Assembly: GCA_965198175.1 (NCBI GenBank)
Contig: OZ240245.1
Location: 480,001-544,000, forward strand
DNA from: Candidatus Poribacteria bacterium
Lineage (GTDB): Bacteria; Poribacteria; WGA-4E; PCPOR2b
DNA length: 64,000 nucleotides
Reading direction: 5' to 3'
Below, piece by piece: positions 31,232 through 40,691 of the stretch. Within the stretch, counting starts at the first letter, position 1; each line of letters opens with the position of its first letter. Both the position numbers and the translations under genes were made by a program. A model generated the notes under the pieces. The model saw nothing but the letters and a program-made list of their open reading frames with translations. It was not told the origin of the DNA and searched no databases.

Positions 31232-32392
31232 ATGACTACGCATTCCATCCGGCGCGTCACTCGAGACCCCCGCGACCATGCGCTGTGGGGCTGGGGAAAA
31301 GGCGGTGCCTACTACAATCGACAAGCGCGAACCCTATTGAACGCGCATCAATCCGGTTTAGGCTGGGCTGTTCATCGCCTTCGGGAATACCTTCCGCGTT
31401 TTGCGGGCGCAAAAGATGAACGAATTCGCGCGTCTGACCTGTCATTAGAAGAAGCCCAACTCGTGATTGCGTATGAAAGGGGTTTTTCGAGTTGGGCGGA
31501 ACTCATCGAACGTGCAATCATCCTCGGAGCCGACCCCACCGAGAACGCAGACGAAACCTTGAGAGCTGCGTTTGAAGCTGTCCAGAAAGGCGATGCGGAC
31601 ACACTTGATGCGCTGTTAGCACATGACCCCTCCATCGTCAACGCGATGATAGAGGCGCCCGGGATATCTGAGGATTATACCACGCTTCTCGAATACGCCA
31701 CCTCGGTCGAAGGTATCTCCCACGATGCGCGGTTTCGCATGATGCGTGCCCTGATTGAGGCGGGGGCTCGAATGGAAAAAGCGTTTTGGACAAACAATCT
31801 AGAAGCCGTTGAACTCTTCATCGAAGCTGGCGCGCTACACTCGGACGATTCTCCCGCTTTTTGGCAGATGAAATCAGTCATGTTGCACGGGAGTACAACT
31901 GCCGTCAATTACTGGATTGAGCGTGGCATATCCCCGCGAGGCTTCTGAATGGCGGCAGGCACCGGCGACATTGACCTCGTTAAGTCTTACTTTAACGAGG
32001 ATGCAACCCTGAAGCCGGAGGCGGCATCTGATCGACCGAACCTCGGCGACATCGGCTGGTTTGAAGAGAAGTCTCGGTCGGACGAATCGCAAGAGATTCT
32101 CGAAGAAGCCTTGTGTTTTGCTAGTTTGAACGGTCGTGTGGAGGTTGTCGAGTTCCTGTTTGAACGCGGCGCGCGGGTGGATGCGATGCCGCCCGGCTTA
32201 GGTGCAGTGTGGACGCCGCTCCACTTTGCGACGTTCAGAGGACACCTGTCGGTGGTCATGCTACTCGTAGATCGAGGTGGGAACCTGAATCTTAAGGACG
32301 GTGCTCATCACCTATCCCCGCTTGCATGGGCAGAACATGAAAAACACGTTGAGGTTGCACGGTATCTTCGCGCTCATGGCGCCATTCCTTGA
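31232..32392 (+). pseudogene. Ankyrin-repeat protein interrupted by an in-frame TGA (31946-31948)
   Basis: ORFs 31232-31948 and 31949-32392 are contiguous and in frame (RGF*MAAGTGD); TPLHFA and SPLAWA ankyrin motifs; N-terminal AQLVIAYERGFSSW. Confidence 0.75.
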
Positions 32393-32619
32393 GCGGCAAC
32401 CGGAGCCGTCGAACCGTGATGCTTCCGGAAAAACTTAACGGAATCAATGAATTTTCCCACGGGACACTTCAGCGTCCTGTGAGTTTTCGAGGTGCCATCC
32501 ATTGCCTGAAGCAACACACTAGCAGTGCTCACCACGCTTACTCAACAAAGGATACTCCACCCTACCCCGAACCTCTTCCCTCTCGGCTCCTTTACTTTAT
32601 TTAATCGAGTTGTTTTATC

Positions 32620-34818
32620 TTGAAACCCCAACTTATATATAGTATACTTATATATAATAGTAAAAAATTGCTTAAACTTTGTTTCTGTAACGGAAAGACG
32701 TTGGGCTGTATTCAAGATCGTCCAGTTCGAGACATATTAACAGAGAAATTAGCGTTGTGTTCCTTAGGGTGGGTGGAAGCTGTTGACACCGCTTTGGTGG
32801 ATGGTGCCGCTTTTCAAACTGCGCTCAAAGCGACTCAACTCTGGCTCGCAGGCAACTATAGCCGCGCTGACCGGCTTTTACAAGGCGAAGATGTAAGTTA
32901 TACCATTGTGACCGACGCCGACACGTTAGCATCGGTCACACCGGCGCTTGAACGAGCCGATGTGATTGCGATTGACACCGAGACCTATGCACCGGATGAT
33001 GTCCGATTCGATTTCGAGTGCGCTCATGATCGTTTTGCGCTGTTGACTCAGGAATTTGAGCGTGTTAGAGAATTCGCTAAACGAGCAAAGGGAGAGGCTG
33101 AAAAGCGTGCTATCCGCATGGTACGCGATACTATCAAACAGGAATGGAAAGCTGCAAAAGCGAAACTCAAAAGTACGGAAAGCGCCCTCAAACACGCAGG
33201 GCTCGACTCGCATCAGGCGAAAGTCCGACTGATTCAGTTGGCGATCGAAAATCGAGCGGTAGCCATGGTCGATCTAAATGCCTTTGATGATATGCTAGAC
33301 CTTGAGCCTCTGCGTAGGATATTGATGAACGATTCCATTAAGGTGCTTCACAACGCGAATTTTGACCTCCAGATGCTCTGGTCAATCGGTCTTGAAATCG
33401 GGGGGAACATCTTCGATACGATGATAGCGGCGAGGTTGCTCAATCCGAAGGAGAGTGCTGCTTTAGATGACGTTGTCAAGCAGTACTTTTCTGCAGGCTC
33501 AAGGCAGGCGCTGTCGAAGGCTGAGCAGTTGAGCGATTGGAGCGGCGATTTGACTGATTCGCAATGGCTCTATGCTGCGCGCGATGTGTCGGTACTTTTG
33601 CCACTACGAAAGCGGCTTAAATCCGAGTTGATTCGCGAAAATCTTACCCAGATTGTCAAGATTGAGTTTGACTGTGTGAGAGCAACTGCGGAGATGGAGT
33701 ATGTAGGAATGAAGGTTGATTCCGCTAAAGCAGACACCTACCGACGTCGCGTCGAAGCCCAAATGGCAAAACTTCGATCAGCTTTATACGGTTACCTGGG
33801 CGAAATCAGTCTGACCAGCCCAAAACAGCTCAAAATGGCTTTCGCCGGAATCGGTGTCGGTGTTGAGAGTACAGCTAGACGCGCGTTGTGGCAATTGACT
33901 GCGGCGCATCCGAGCATACCGCTGTTGTTGGCGTACAAGAAGCTATCCACCCTAATATCCGTCTGCCTTGAGCCTCTGCCCCGATGCGCTTCTACCAAAA
34001 CCGGTCGTGTCCATGCGAGTTATTGGCAGCTTGGCACCGCAACGGGGCGATTTTCCTGCTCGGGTCCAAATTTCCAGCAGGTGCCTCGGGACTTGGACGT
34101 ACGGGCTTGTTTTGTCGCTGAAGAGGACAATAAACTGGTCATCGCAGATTATTCACAGATTGAGTTGCGGGTTGCAGCAGAAGTCAGCGGAGATCGGAAA
34201 ATGACTCAAGCTTACCAGAACGGTGAAGATCTACACACGTTAACCGCTTCGCTGGTTCAAAAGATACCGCTTGAGGAGGTGACCCCCGAACAGCGTCAGG
34301 CAGCTAAAGCGATTAACTTCGGTTTGATTTTCGGGATGGGTGCGAAAGGGTTGAGGTACTCGGCGAAGCAGAATTACGGCGTGGAAATGACTTTGGGGGA
34401 AGCAGAGACTTTTCGGAATCGCTACTTCGAGTCATATTCGGGAATACGAGCGTGGCATCGGAGGTCCGGATGGGCTTTAAGGTACACGAATGAACAGAGA
34501 ACCCTCTGTGGTCGGCGGTTCGTCTGGGACGAAGCGGCTTCGTTTACAATCTTTATTAACAGGCAGGTACAAGGTACAGCAGCCGACATTATCAAGATTG
34601 CGCTGTCTAAGCTGATATTCGCTTTGAAGGACACCGGGGCGAAAATCATCGCTATGATTCACGATGAAATCATCATTGAAGTCTCTCAAGCCAACGCTGT
34701 TGAGGCAGCTCGGGTCCTGCAAGAGACGATGGAAGCTGCAGGTAGAGAAGTTCTAAAGAAGGTTCCAGTCGTGGCAGAAGCCCGCATCGCTGACAGTTGG
34801 GCGGAAAAGAAAAAATAG
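32620..34818 (+). CDS. Family A DNA polymerase with 3'-5' exonuclease and no 5'-3' nuclease
   Basis: ExoI DTET, ExoII HNANFD, ExoIII YAARD, motif A DYSQIELR, motif B RQAAKAINFGLIFG, motif C HDE; true start probably downstream of 32620. Confidence 0.9.
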   Translation: MKPQLIYSILIYNSKKLLKLCFCNGKTLGCIQDRPVRDILTEKLALCSLGWVEAVDTALVDGAAFQTALKATQLWLAGNYSRADRLLQGEDVSYTIVTDADTLASVTPALERADVIAIDTETYAPDDVRFDFECAHDRFALLTQEFERVREFAKRAKGEAEKRAIRMVRDTIKQEWKAAKAKLKSTESALKHAGLDSHQAKVRLIQLAIENRAVAMVDLNAFDDMLDLEPLRRILMNDSIKVLHNANFDLQMLWSIGLEIGGNIFDTMIAARLLNPKESAALDDVVKQYFSAGSRQALSKAEQLSDWSGDLTDSQWLYAARDVSVLLPLRKRLKSELIRENLTQIVKIEFDCVRATAEMEYVGMKVDSAKADTYRRRVEAQMAKLRSALYGYLGEISLTSPKQLKMAFAGIGVGVESTARRALWQLTAAHPSIPLLLAYKKLSTLISVCLEPLPRCASTKTGRVHASYWQLGTATGRFSCSGPNFQQVPRDLDVRACFVAEEDNKLVIADYSQIELRVAAEVSGDRKMTQAYQNGEDLHTLTASLVQKIPLEEVTPEQRQAAKAINFGLIFGMGAKGLRYSAKQNYGVEMTLGEAETFRNRYFESYSGIRAWHRRSGWALRYTNEQRTLCGRRFVWDEAASFTIFINRQVQGTAADIIKIALSKLIFALKDTGAKIIAMIHDEIIIEVSQANAVEAARVLQETMEAAGREVLKKVPVVAEARIADSWAEKKK

Positions 34819-35032
34819 ACATGTAATGCAGACGCTCATCTTCGCTATGCTCACCCACAGTCTTTCGTGTCAGTCTTGGTTTGTATCATCTTTCTTGACA
34901 AGTTTAATGTGGTATGTTATATGGGTTAGTTGAGAAAGAATAAGCCCACGCGGGCGCGTCAATCCCAGAAGGGACTTCAATTCCAGCCGTCCACTCTGAG
35001 AGCGTTATTGGGGTTGGGATGAGTAAAGAGAG

Positions 35033-35845
35033 GTGTTTATGACAGGGATGTTCGATCTATCCGGACGAGTTGCAGTTGTATCGGGAGCAGCCAGCGGCAT
35101 GGGTCGTGCGATGTCGCTGGCTTTGGCAGAGGCAGGCGCGGACTTGATGCTTGCGGATATTAACTTGGCTGGTGCGGGGAAGACCGCTGACGAAATTTCG
35201 GTGATGGGACGCCGTGCCATTGCCGTTGATTGTGATGTCTCACGTCCGGATCAAATCCGCGCGATGTTTGCACGAGTGGACGAAGAATTTGGTCGGATCG
35301 ATTTCTTGGGCAATGTTGCGGGCGAAGCGACCAGAGCGAAACCGGAGGTTATCTCGTTAGAAGACGTTGAACAGACTTGGCGCAATCTTGTCTATGGTCG
35401 GTTCTGTTGTTGTCAGGAAGCCGGGCGGCGGATGCTTGCTGCTGGTAATGGGAGCATTGTAAGTCTCGGTTCTCTGGCGAGCATCACGGGTATGGGCCGC
35501 GGCCACATCGCATATAGTATGGCAATGGGTGCGGTGGTTCAAATGACACGAGAACTTAGCACCGAATGGTCGGGGCGCGGTGTGCGTGTTAATGCAATTT
35601 TACCGGCGCAAGTTTTGAACCCAGGGTTGCAGATACGCATCGACGCCGATCCTCGAATTAAGGAGCGGTTCCTCAGCGGCATTCCAATGGGACGATTCGG
35701 CAGTCCTGACGATATCCGTGGTCTAGCGGTATTTCTCGCATCGGATGCGTCGTCATGGATTACCGGTGCGATTATTCCGATGGATGGCGGCAACTTGGCG
35801 ATGAACGCCGGCGGTTCAGTCGGCAGTGAAGTTTTTGATGAGTGA
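35033..35845 (+). CDS. SDR-family oxidoreductase
   Basis: SGAASGMG, GVRVNAI, DASSWITG; YxxxK appears as YSMAM. Confidence 0.9.
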   Translation: MFMTGMFDLSGRVAVVSGAASGMGRAMSLALAEAGADLMLADINLAGAGKTADEISVMGRRAIAVDCDVSRPDQIRAMFARVDEEFGRIDFLGNVAGEATRAKPEVISLEDVEQTWRNLVYGRFCCCQEAGRRMLAAGNGSIVSLGSLASITGMGRGHIAYSMAMGAVVQMTRELSTEWSGRGVRVNAILPAQVLNPGLQIRIDADPRIKERFLSGIPMGRFGSPDDIRGLAVFLASDASSWITGAIIPMDGGNLAMNAGGSVGSEVFDE

Positions 35846-35984
35846 GAACATCAACACGGTGTGTTCCTAGATAACCCCCATACAGAGGTTTTGAATAGCA
35901 CGCCGGCTTGAGCGATTCTTGGGTTCCCAGTTTATCTTCAAAGACAGGGTTTACCCTGATGTTGCGTCCGTACAGAATCGTGTA

Positions 35985-38900
35985 TCACTCGTCCGCTGCT
36001 ACGGGTAGCCCGATGAACAGCCGGCTGTCAACATCCGCAAGTGGATCAACTTCGCCGGTTGCAGCGGCGCGGGCGAAAACGACGCCGGGGTGTTTTGCTC
36101 GCATCGCACGCACGAGAACGGTGAACCCTTTTGCTGCGCTGCCGTTGCGTAATTCCCATTCTATCCGTTCTCGTTCCAAATTGAGTCGAACAATTCCCTC
36201 CCGCAAACCGACGCAGAGCGGGTAAAGTTCTTCTGGCGTTAGACCGTCGCTATATCCGTGCCGAACGATGACATCTCTACCTCGAATGTCTGGAACCGAC
36301 CCACGCGCCCCGACGCAACAAGCGAGTCGATGAAGTCTACTATGTGCGTCTTGGCTTTTTGCTGCAAGGATGTGCGGTCCCAAGTTGTTGTCTCCGAAAT
36401 CGCTGCAGGCGGCAAGCCACTCGACAAGCTCTTCTGCATAAGCGTTCCACGCAGGTGCATCGTCGGGTTCTGCCGGAACGGATGGACTGCCGACGGTTTT
36501 ACTGATAAACGCGCTCATGGAGGCTCCCGATTCTTTGGCAATTTCGAGCCCGCGCTGCATCAGACGTTCGGCAACTTCAATCGTGCGATTTATTCCATCG
36601 CGTTTGAGAATGGCTTCCAGTGCCTGAGCTAGCGAAACTTGTCTAATTAAACCGTCAGGGGTGGCGATGTCGGTTCCGACAATCTCTGCGATTTCGCTGC
36701 GCCCTTCAGGGGTGAGACTCAGATGCGCCAGTCCCCACATTGCATCATGCCCCGGTGCGAGTGCTTTGTATAAATTTGGGTCGTGCTTCAGATGCCCCGC
36801 GATGGAAAGCCGCTCACCAGCTTCCCGTTGTCCGGCTTCAGTGATTGGGAGAAAGACCGCCGCTTGATCGCCATCGAAATTGGCGTTCATCAACTCACAC
36901 ACGAAAGGATGCACGCGGATAACACGGTCGGGGTGCCGCACCGGATGGAACGCAACAAGGTGAGTGAGTGTGTGCGCCGGCGGACGAAGCACAATCACCC
37001 ACGAACGCGCCATCAGTTCATCAAGGGCATGTGTTGCTTGTTGACTGCGTCGCCGTACTTCCCCGGCATCACCGAGCCTCTTTGTGATATGATGTCCAAA
37101 GAGTGCCCACGCCATCTCCTCCGGAATACCGACCTGATCAGCGCGTAACTCTGCGCCAGGCGCAATGACGGCGCGTCCGCTGAAGAGACTCCGTGCCTTA
37201 AAGTTCATGACGGTTGGGCTTAGGATTGCATTGACATATTCCGCAACGCGGATTTGGAGTTGCTTGATGGTTTGGCGGGTTAAACTCTCCGGTGTATTAC
37301 TGGCAAGCATCCGTTCGGTCCTGGTATTGACATCGGCAAGCGCCTGATATTCAGGCATGTCTTCACGGACGCCGACTTCATCAAGGATTTGATCGTGGAG
37401 CCACGGATGAGGAACGGGTTGAGCGAACTTGAGCGTATTTCCGTTCGGTCGTGCAAATCCAAAAGTCACCTTGTCGCCGCAAAGTTTAGTTCGGATTCCC
37501 ACCGCCGAGAGCCGATTCGAGAGGTCAGCGAATAACGGCGTCGGCGGACCCGCCTGTTCAACTTCTCCCCTTGCGACGCGCTCCACTAATGTATGCGCAT
37601 CCGTCCGTTTCATGGCACGGGTGTTAAAATGTTCCCGCAATGTTTCAAGCACTGAAGCATTTCGTAGTCTATCGTATTCAAGTTCACCAAGAGTCTGATG
37701 GTGCCTATGGTCTTCAAGATTGGTTGAGTCGGATGCTTTTATTTTATCTATGGCGATGTGAGCCAGGCGTCCCCAGTACACCCAACCGACTGTGCTGGGT
37801 CTTACCAGCTTCTTACCGTCCCGCCCAAGTGTGAGGTATTCCATTCCGTCTTCCGGAAGCCCTGCGTTCTTGAGGCGTTCGCGCAATTCATCTGCGCTCG
37901 GTGCATGGAATGGCGGCACGATGGCAGGTTTCCCTTCCGCTCGTGCGATGCGCCCCGTCACCGCTTCTCGTAATTGACCAAGGTTCATCCGCTCGTGCAA
38001 GCCCCCGAAACTGAAAACGAGTTCAACCGGTGTACCATCGGCGAGATGCGGCATCTCATCGTCAGGTAAGATGCGCGAAACAACCCCTTTCGTTCCATGA
38101 CGGTTGCCAATCTTATCGCCGGGTTCAACGGCATAAGGAAAATTCAGACGCGCAGCGCACGACTTGCTAATCACGATGCCGTCTTCGAAGGTATCGCCGC
38201 CCCATGAAATAAAAGCGGTCAATAGGTTGCGACCGCACCAAAAGTCAGATACATCCGGCTCGTAACCCGTTTGGACAAGCGCAGTCTCCGGAGCGGCAGC
38301 TAGCCTCGGCATCTCTTTGGTTAGGTGTGTTAGAGCTGTCTCCGGGGTTGAAGGCGCCATGCACTGACGCATCATGTTAGCCCCCATAAGTATCTGTGGA
38401 GGGTCATTGTGTTCAAGAAAAGGAATCATCGACGATGCTAAACCGAGGCTTGCTTCGGGGTTTTCATCAACCACGACCAATTTTCCATCGCGAATCTCGG
38501 CACCCCTAGCAATCGTAAGGATTCGACCTACGCTTGGTCCCTCCGGCGTTTCAAAAGGGCAAGTTCGCCCGAAGTGGGAAGAGGTGAATACCTTCTCGCG
38601 GTTCAGAACCAATAACCGTCGGAGATGCGTATACTTGTCAAGCCAATTGGTTTCTTGAAGTATCTGCGCGTAAAATGTGTCACGAAAGAATTCCTCTATC
38701 CATTTATCAAGTTGGAGCCATGACCGTACAGGGGCTGCTTCCCACGACAAGTCTAGGGGGGCACCCTTCAAACGCTCTTTGAAATAACTATGCAGTTGTT
38801 CTCCAACACATCTAATTTTCGCCTTTTTAAGTTTATAGGTTGAAGCCGTTGGAACAACGACATAGTTTTCTCCGCCGATTTTGAACATCCCTTCCTCGTC

Positions 38901-39104
38901 CGGCTGTGGGATGTCGGTGTACTCGACTTCAACGTTGCCATCGGTTGACGTGAGGGAGATTTTGATACAACCGGTGTAGATGCCGGTGGGTTCAAAGTGA
39001 TAGCCAGCTACCGGCAATTGCTCTGCGAGCAAATCTGGCAGCCGATTGTTCGTCAGTTGGTCAAAAGATTTTTTGTGCCAAAATGCAGTGATGTTGTTTG
39101 ACAT
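35985..39104 (-). CDS. Miniature single-chain RNA polymerase beta-beta' fusion protein
   Basis: RpoB motifs GRTCPFETPEG, IPFLEHND, MGANMMRQ, FEDGIVIS, GDKIGNRHGTKG and RMNLGQ, then RpoC motifs SGRAVI, NANFDGDQ and DGLTPEE; GAGGAGG SD. Confidence 0.9.
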   Translation of the reverse strand: MSNNITAFWHKKSFDQLTNNRLPDLLAEQLPVAGYHFEPTGIYTGCIKISLTSTDGNVEVEYTDIPQPDEEGMFKIGGENYVVVPTASTYKLKKAKIRCVGEQLHSYFKERLKGAPLDLSWEAAPVRSWLQLDKWIEEFFRDTFYAQILQETNWLDKYTHLRRLLVLNREKVFTSSHFGRTCPFETPEGPSVGRILTIARGAEIRDGKLVVVDENPEASLGLASSMIPFLEHNDPPQILMGANMMRQCMAPSTPETALTHLTKEMPRLAAAPETALVQTGYEPDVSDFWCGRNLLTAFISWGGDTFEDGIVISKSCAARLNFPYAVEPGDKIGNRHGTKGVVSRILPDDEMPHLADGTPVELVFSFGGLHERMNLGQLREAVTGRIARAEGKPAIVPPFHAPSADELRERLKNAGLPEDGMEYLTLGRDGKKLVRPSTVGWVYWGRLAHIAIDKIKASDSTNLEDHRHHQTLGELEYDRLRNASVLETLREHFNTRAMKRTDAHTLVERVARGEVEQAGPPTPLFADLSNRLSAVGIRTKLCGDKVTFGFARPNGNTLKFAQPVPHPWLHDQILDEVGVREDMPEYQALADVNTRTERMLASNTPESLTRQTIKQLQIRVAEYVNAILSPTVMNFKARSLFSGRAVIAPGAELRADQVGIPEEMAWALFGHHITKRLGDAGEVRRRSQQATHALDELMARSWVIVLRPPAHTLTHLVAFHPVRHPDRVIRVHPFVCELMNANFDGDQAAVFLPITEAGQREAGERLSIAGHLKHDPNLYKALAPGHDAMWGLAHLSLTPEGRSEIAEIVGTDIATPDGLIRQVSLAQALEAILKRDGINRTIEVAERLMQRGLEIAKESGASMSAFISKTVGSPSVPAEPDDAPAWNAYAEELVEWLAACSDFGDNNLGPHILAAKSQDAHSRLHRLACCVGARGSVPDIRGRDVIVRHGYSDGLTPEELYPLCVGLREGIVRLNLERERIEWELRNGSAAKGFTVLVRAMRAKHPGVVFARAAATGEVDPLADVDSRLFIGLPVAADE

Positions 39105-39204
39105 TTTGTCCTCCTCATCTTATTGGGTATTTCGTGTTGTGTGAGTGGTGATGTGTAAAGCATAACACGTGACGTGCGGGAATCTTCTCCGCCCCCTTGT
39201 TCAC

Positions 39205-39873
39205 TTAACTATCTTCCTCGTATTCGCCTGTAATCTCCTTCCATTCTTTAGCGAGACGCCTTATCGAATAGTGTAAACGCGACTTCACAGTGCCTTCCGG
39301 GATGCCAATCTCAGCGGCGACCTCACGAAGGTTCATCTCTTTCTGATATACAAGGTGAAGCACCTCTCGTTTATCTTCGGGCAGTTCTTCAACCAGCCGC
39401 CAAAGCAAATTAGACTGCTCAGCTTGTTCCAGCATCACATCGGGGCCACGTAACGATGTGTCAATCATCCAATCTGGGTCGGGCACATAGTCGTCCGCAT
39501 CATCAAAATCATCCGGCGGTATTTCGAGGGGATGTTGCTTCCGCCGACGCAGGGTGCGCAGGTAATTAAGGGCGAGATTTGTAGCGATGCGGAAGAACCA
39601 TGCTTTGAAATTACCTCGACCCTCCCACCGCTCGGCGGAAGTCCAAATTCGCAAAAATGCCTCCTGAACCAAATCCTCGGCTGCACTTTCGTCCTGCACG
39701 ATGCGTATGATGTGTCTGCGGACGGACTCGCTATATCGTGCCCAAAGCGTTTCAAATGCCGCCGCATCGTGTTCACGGATCTTATCAATGAGAAATTGAT
39801 CGGATTGTATTATAAATGTCCCTCCGCTCACGGAAAAACCAGCTTTCGTTCGGCGATTTTTGGGTTCGCGCAC
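39205..39873 (-). CDS. ECF-subfamily RNA polymerase sigma factor
   Basis: AEDLVQEAFLRIW and WFFRIATNLALNYLR (region 2); EVAAEIGIPEGTVKSRLH (region 4); start uncertain. Confidence 0.93.
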   Translation of the reverse strand: MREPKNRRTKAGFSVSGGTFIIQSDQFLIDKIREHDAAAFETLWARYSESVRRHIIRIVQDESAAEDLVQEAFLRIWTSAERWEGRGNFKAWFFRIATNLALNYLRTLRRRKQHPLEIPPDDFDDADDYVPDPDWMIDTSLRGPDVMLEQAEQSNLLWRLVEELPEDKREVLHLVYQKEMNLREVAAEIGIPEGTVKSRLHYSIRRLAKEWKEITGEYEEDS

Positions 39874-39943
39874 CTCAATTGCTGGCGAAAGGCGGGGTAA
39901 TGGATTATCCGGTCAGCCTCCATTCAGGAGACTTACATTGTAA

Positions 39944-39970
39944 ATGACACCGCAAGGGATTAATAAGTTC
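39944..39970 (-). promoter_or_regulatory. sigmaE-type ECF promoter, likely autoregulatory
   Basis: Minus strand reads GAACTT-attaatcccttgcggt(16)-GTCAT, about 70 nt upstream of the ECF gene. Confidence 0.65.
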
Positions 39971-40153
39971 ACAAGTTGAACGAAAAATTCAGCAGAACGT
40001 TGGTTGAGCGGGAGAACAAGGCGAGATAAAAGACGAAAGCGTTACTTATGTCGGTCGGTGAGAAAAACTGTTTGACACAATATAGGTTATTGTGCAATAA
40101 TGGTTGATGCCTGCCGAATCTATTCTAACTGAAAGCTGAAAGAAAATCTTCAG

Positions 40154-40546
40154 ATGTCTAGTGCAGTTACAACGAAAAGGACAGAAGCCAAGTTTGAGTG
40201 CATCATACCAAGCTTAAATGCCAAGAGTGTTCCTGCCAGTATCGATTATTATGTAAAAGTGCTTGGCTTTAAGAAGGATTGGGACTGGGGCGATCCGCCA
40301 GGTTTTGGGTCTGTATCAGGCGACAACTGTTCCATTATGCTATGCCAGGGTGGACAGGGGCAAGCTGAAGCCTGGATTATGATAGGTGTCGAGGAATTGT
40401 ATGAGGAATACAAGGCGAGCGGTGCTACAATTCGAGAGGTGCCAACAAACTATCCTTGGGCGTACGAGATGAGAGTGGAAGACCTTGACAATCACGTTTT
40501 ACGGTTTGGGTCGGAACCCAAATCAGATGAATCTCATTCATTGTGA
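40154..40546 (+). CDS. VOC/glyoxalase (bleomycin-resistance-like) protein
   Basis: SIDYYVKVLGF, YPWAYEMRVEDLDNHVLRFG. Confidence 0.85.
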   Translation: MSSAVTTKRTEAKFECIIPSLNAKSVPASIDYYVKVLGFKKDWDWGDPPGFGSVSGDNCSIMLCQGGQGQAEAWIMIGVEELYEEYKASGATIREVPTNYPWAYEMRVEDLDNHVLRFGSEPKSDESHSL

Positions 40547-40691
40547 ATTCCTTCTTGCGATCGCCTCGATCCCTTTTGAATTACCTGAATGATGTGTGTT
40601 AAGATATCAATCCGTTATCGGTTGTTTCACAGGAAAAATTCGACACAATTATATCGCCACCCTGCGCTGACCTCGAAAGGAGGGCGCAACG

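Noticed and set aside
35985..39104. Calling this the housekeeping rpoB/rpoC or a simple pseudogene
   Set aside because: It is far too short and divergent and lacks ribosomal operon context, yet it is one uninterrupted ORF with a strong SD
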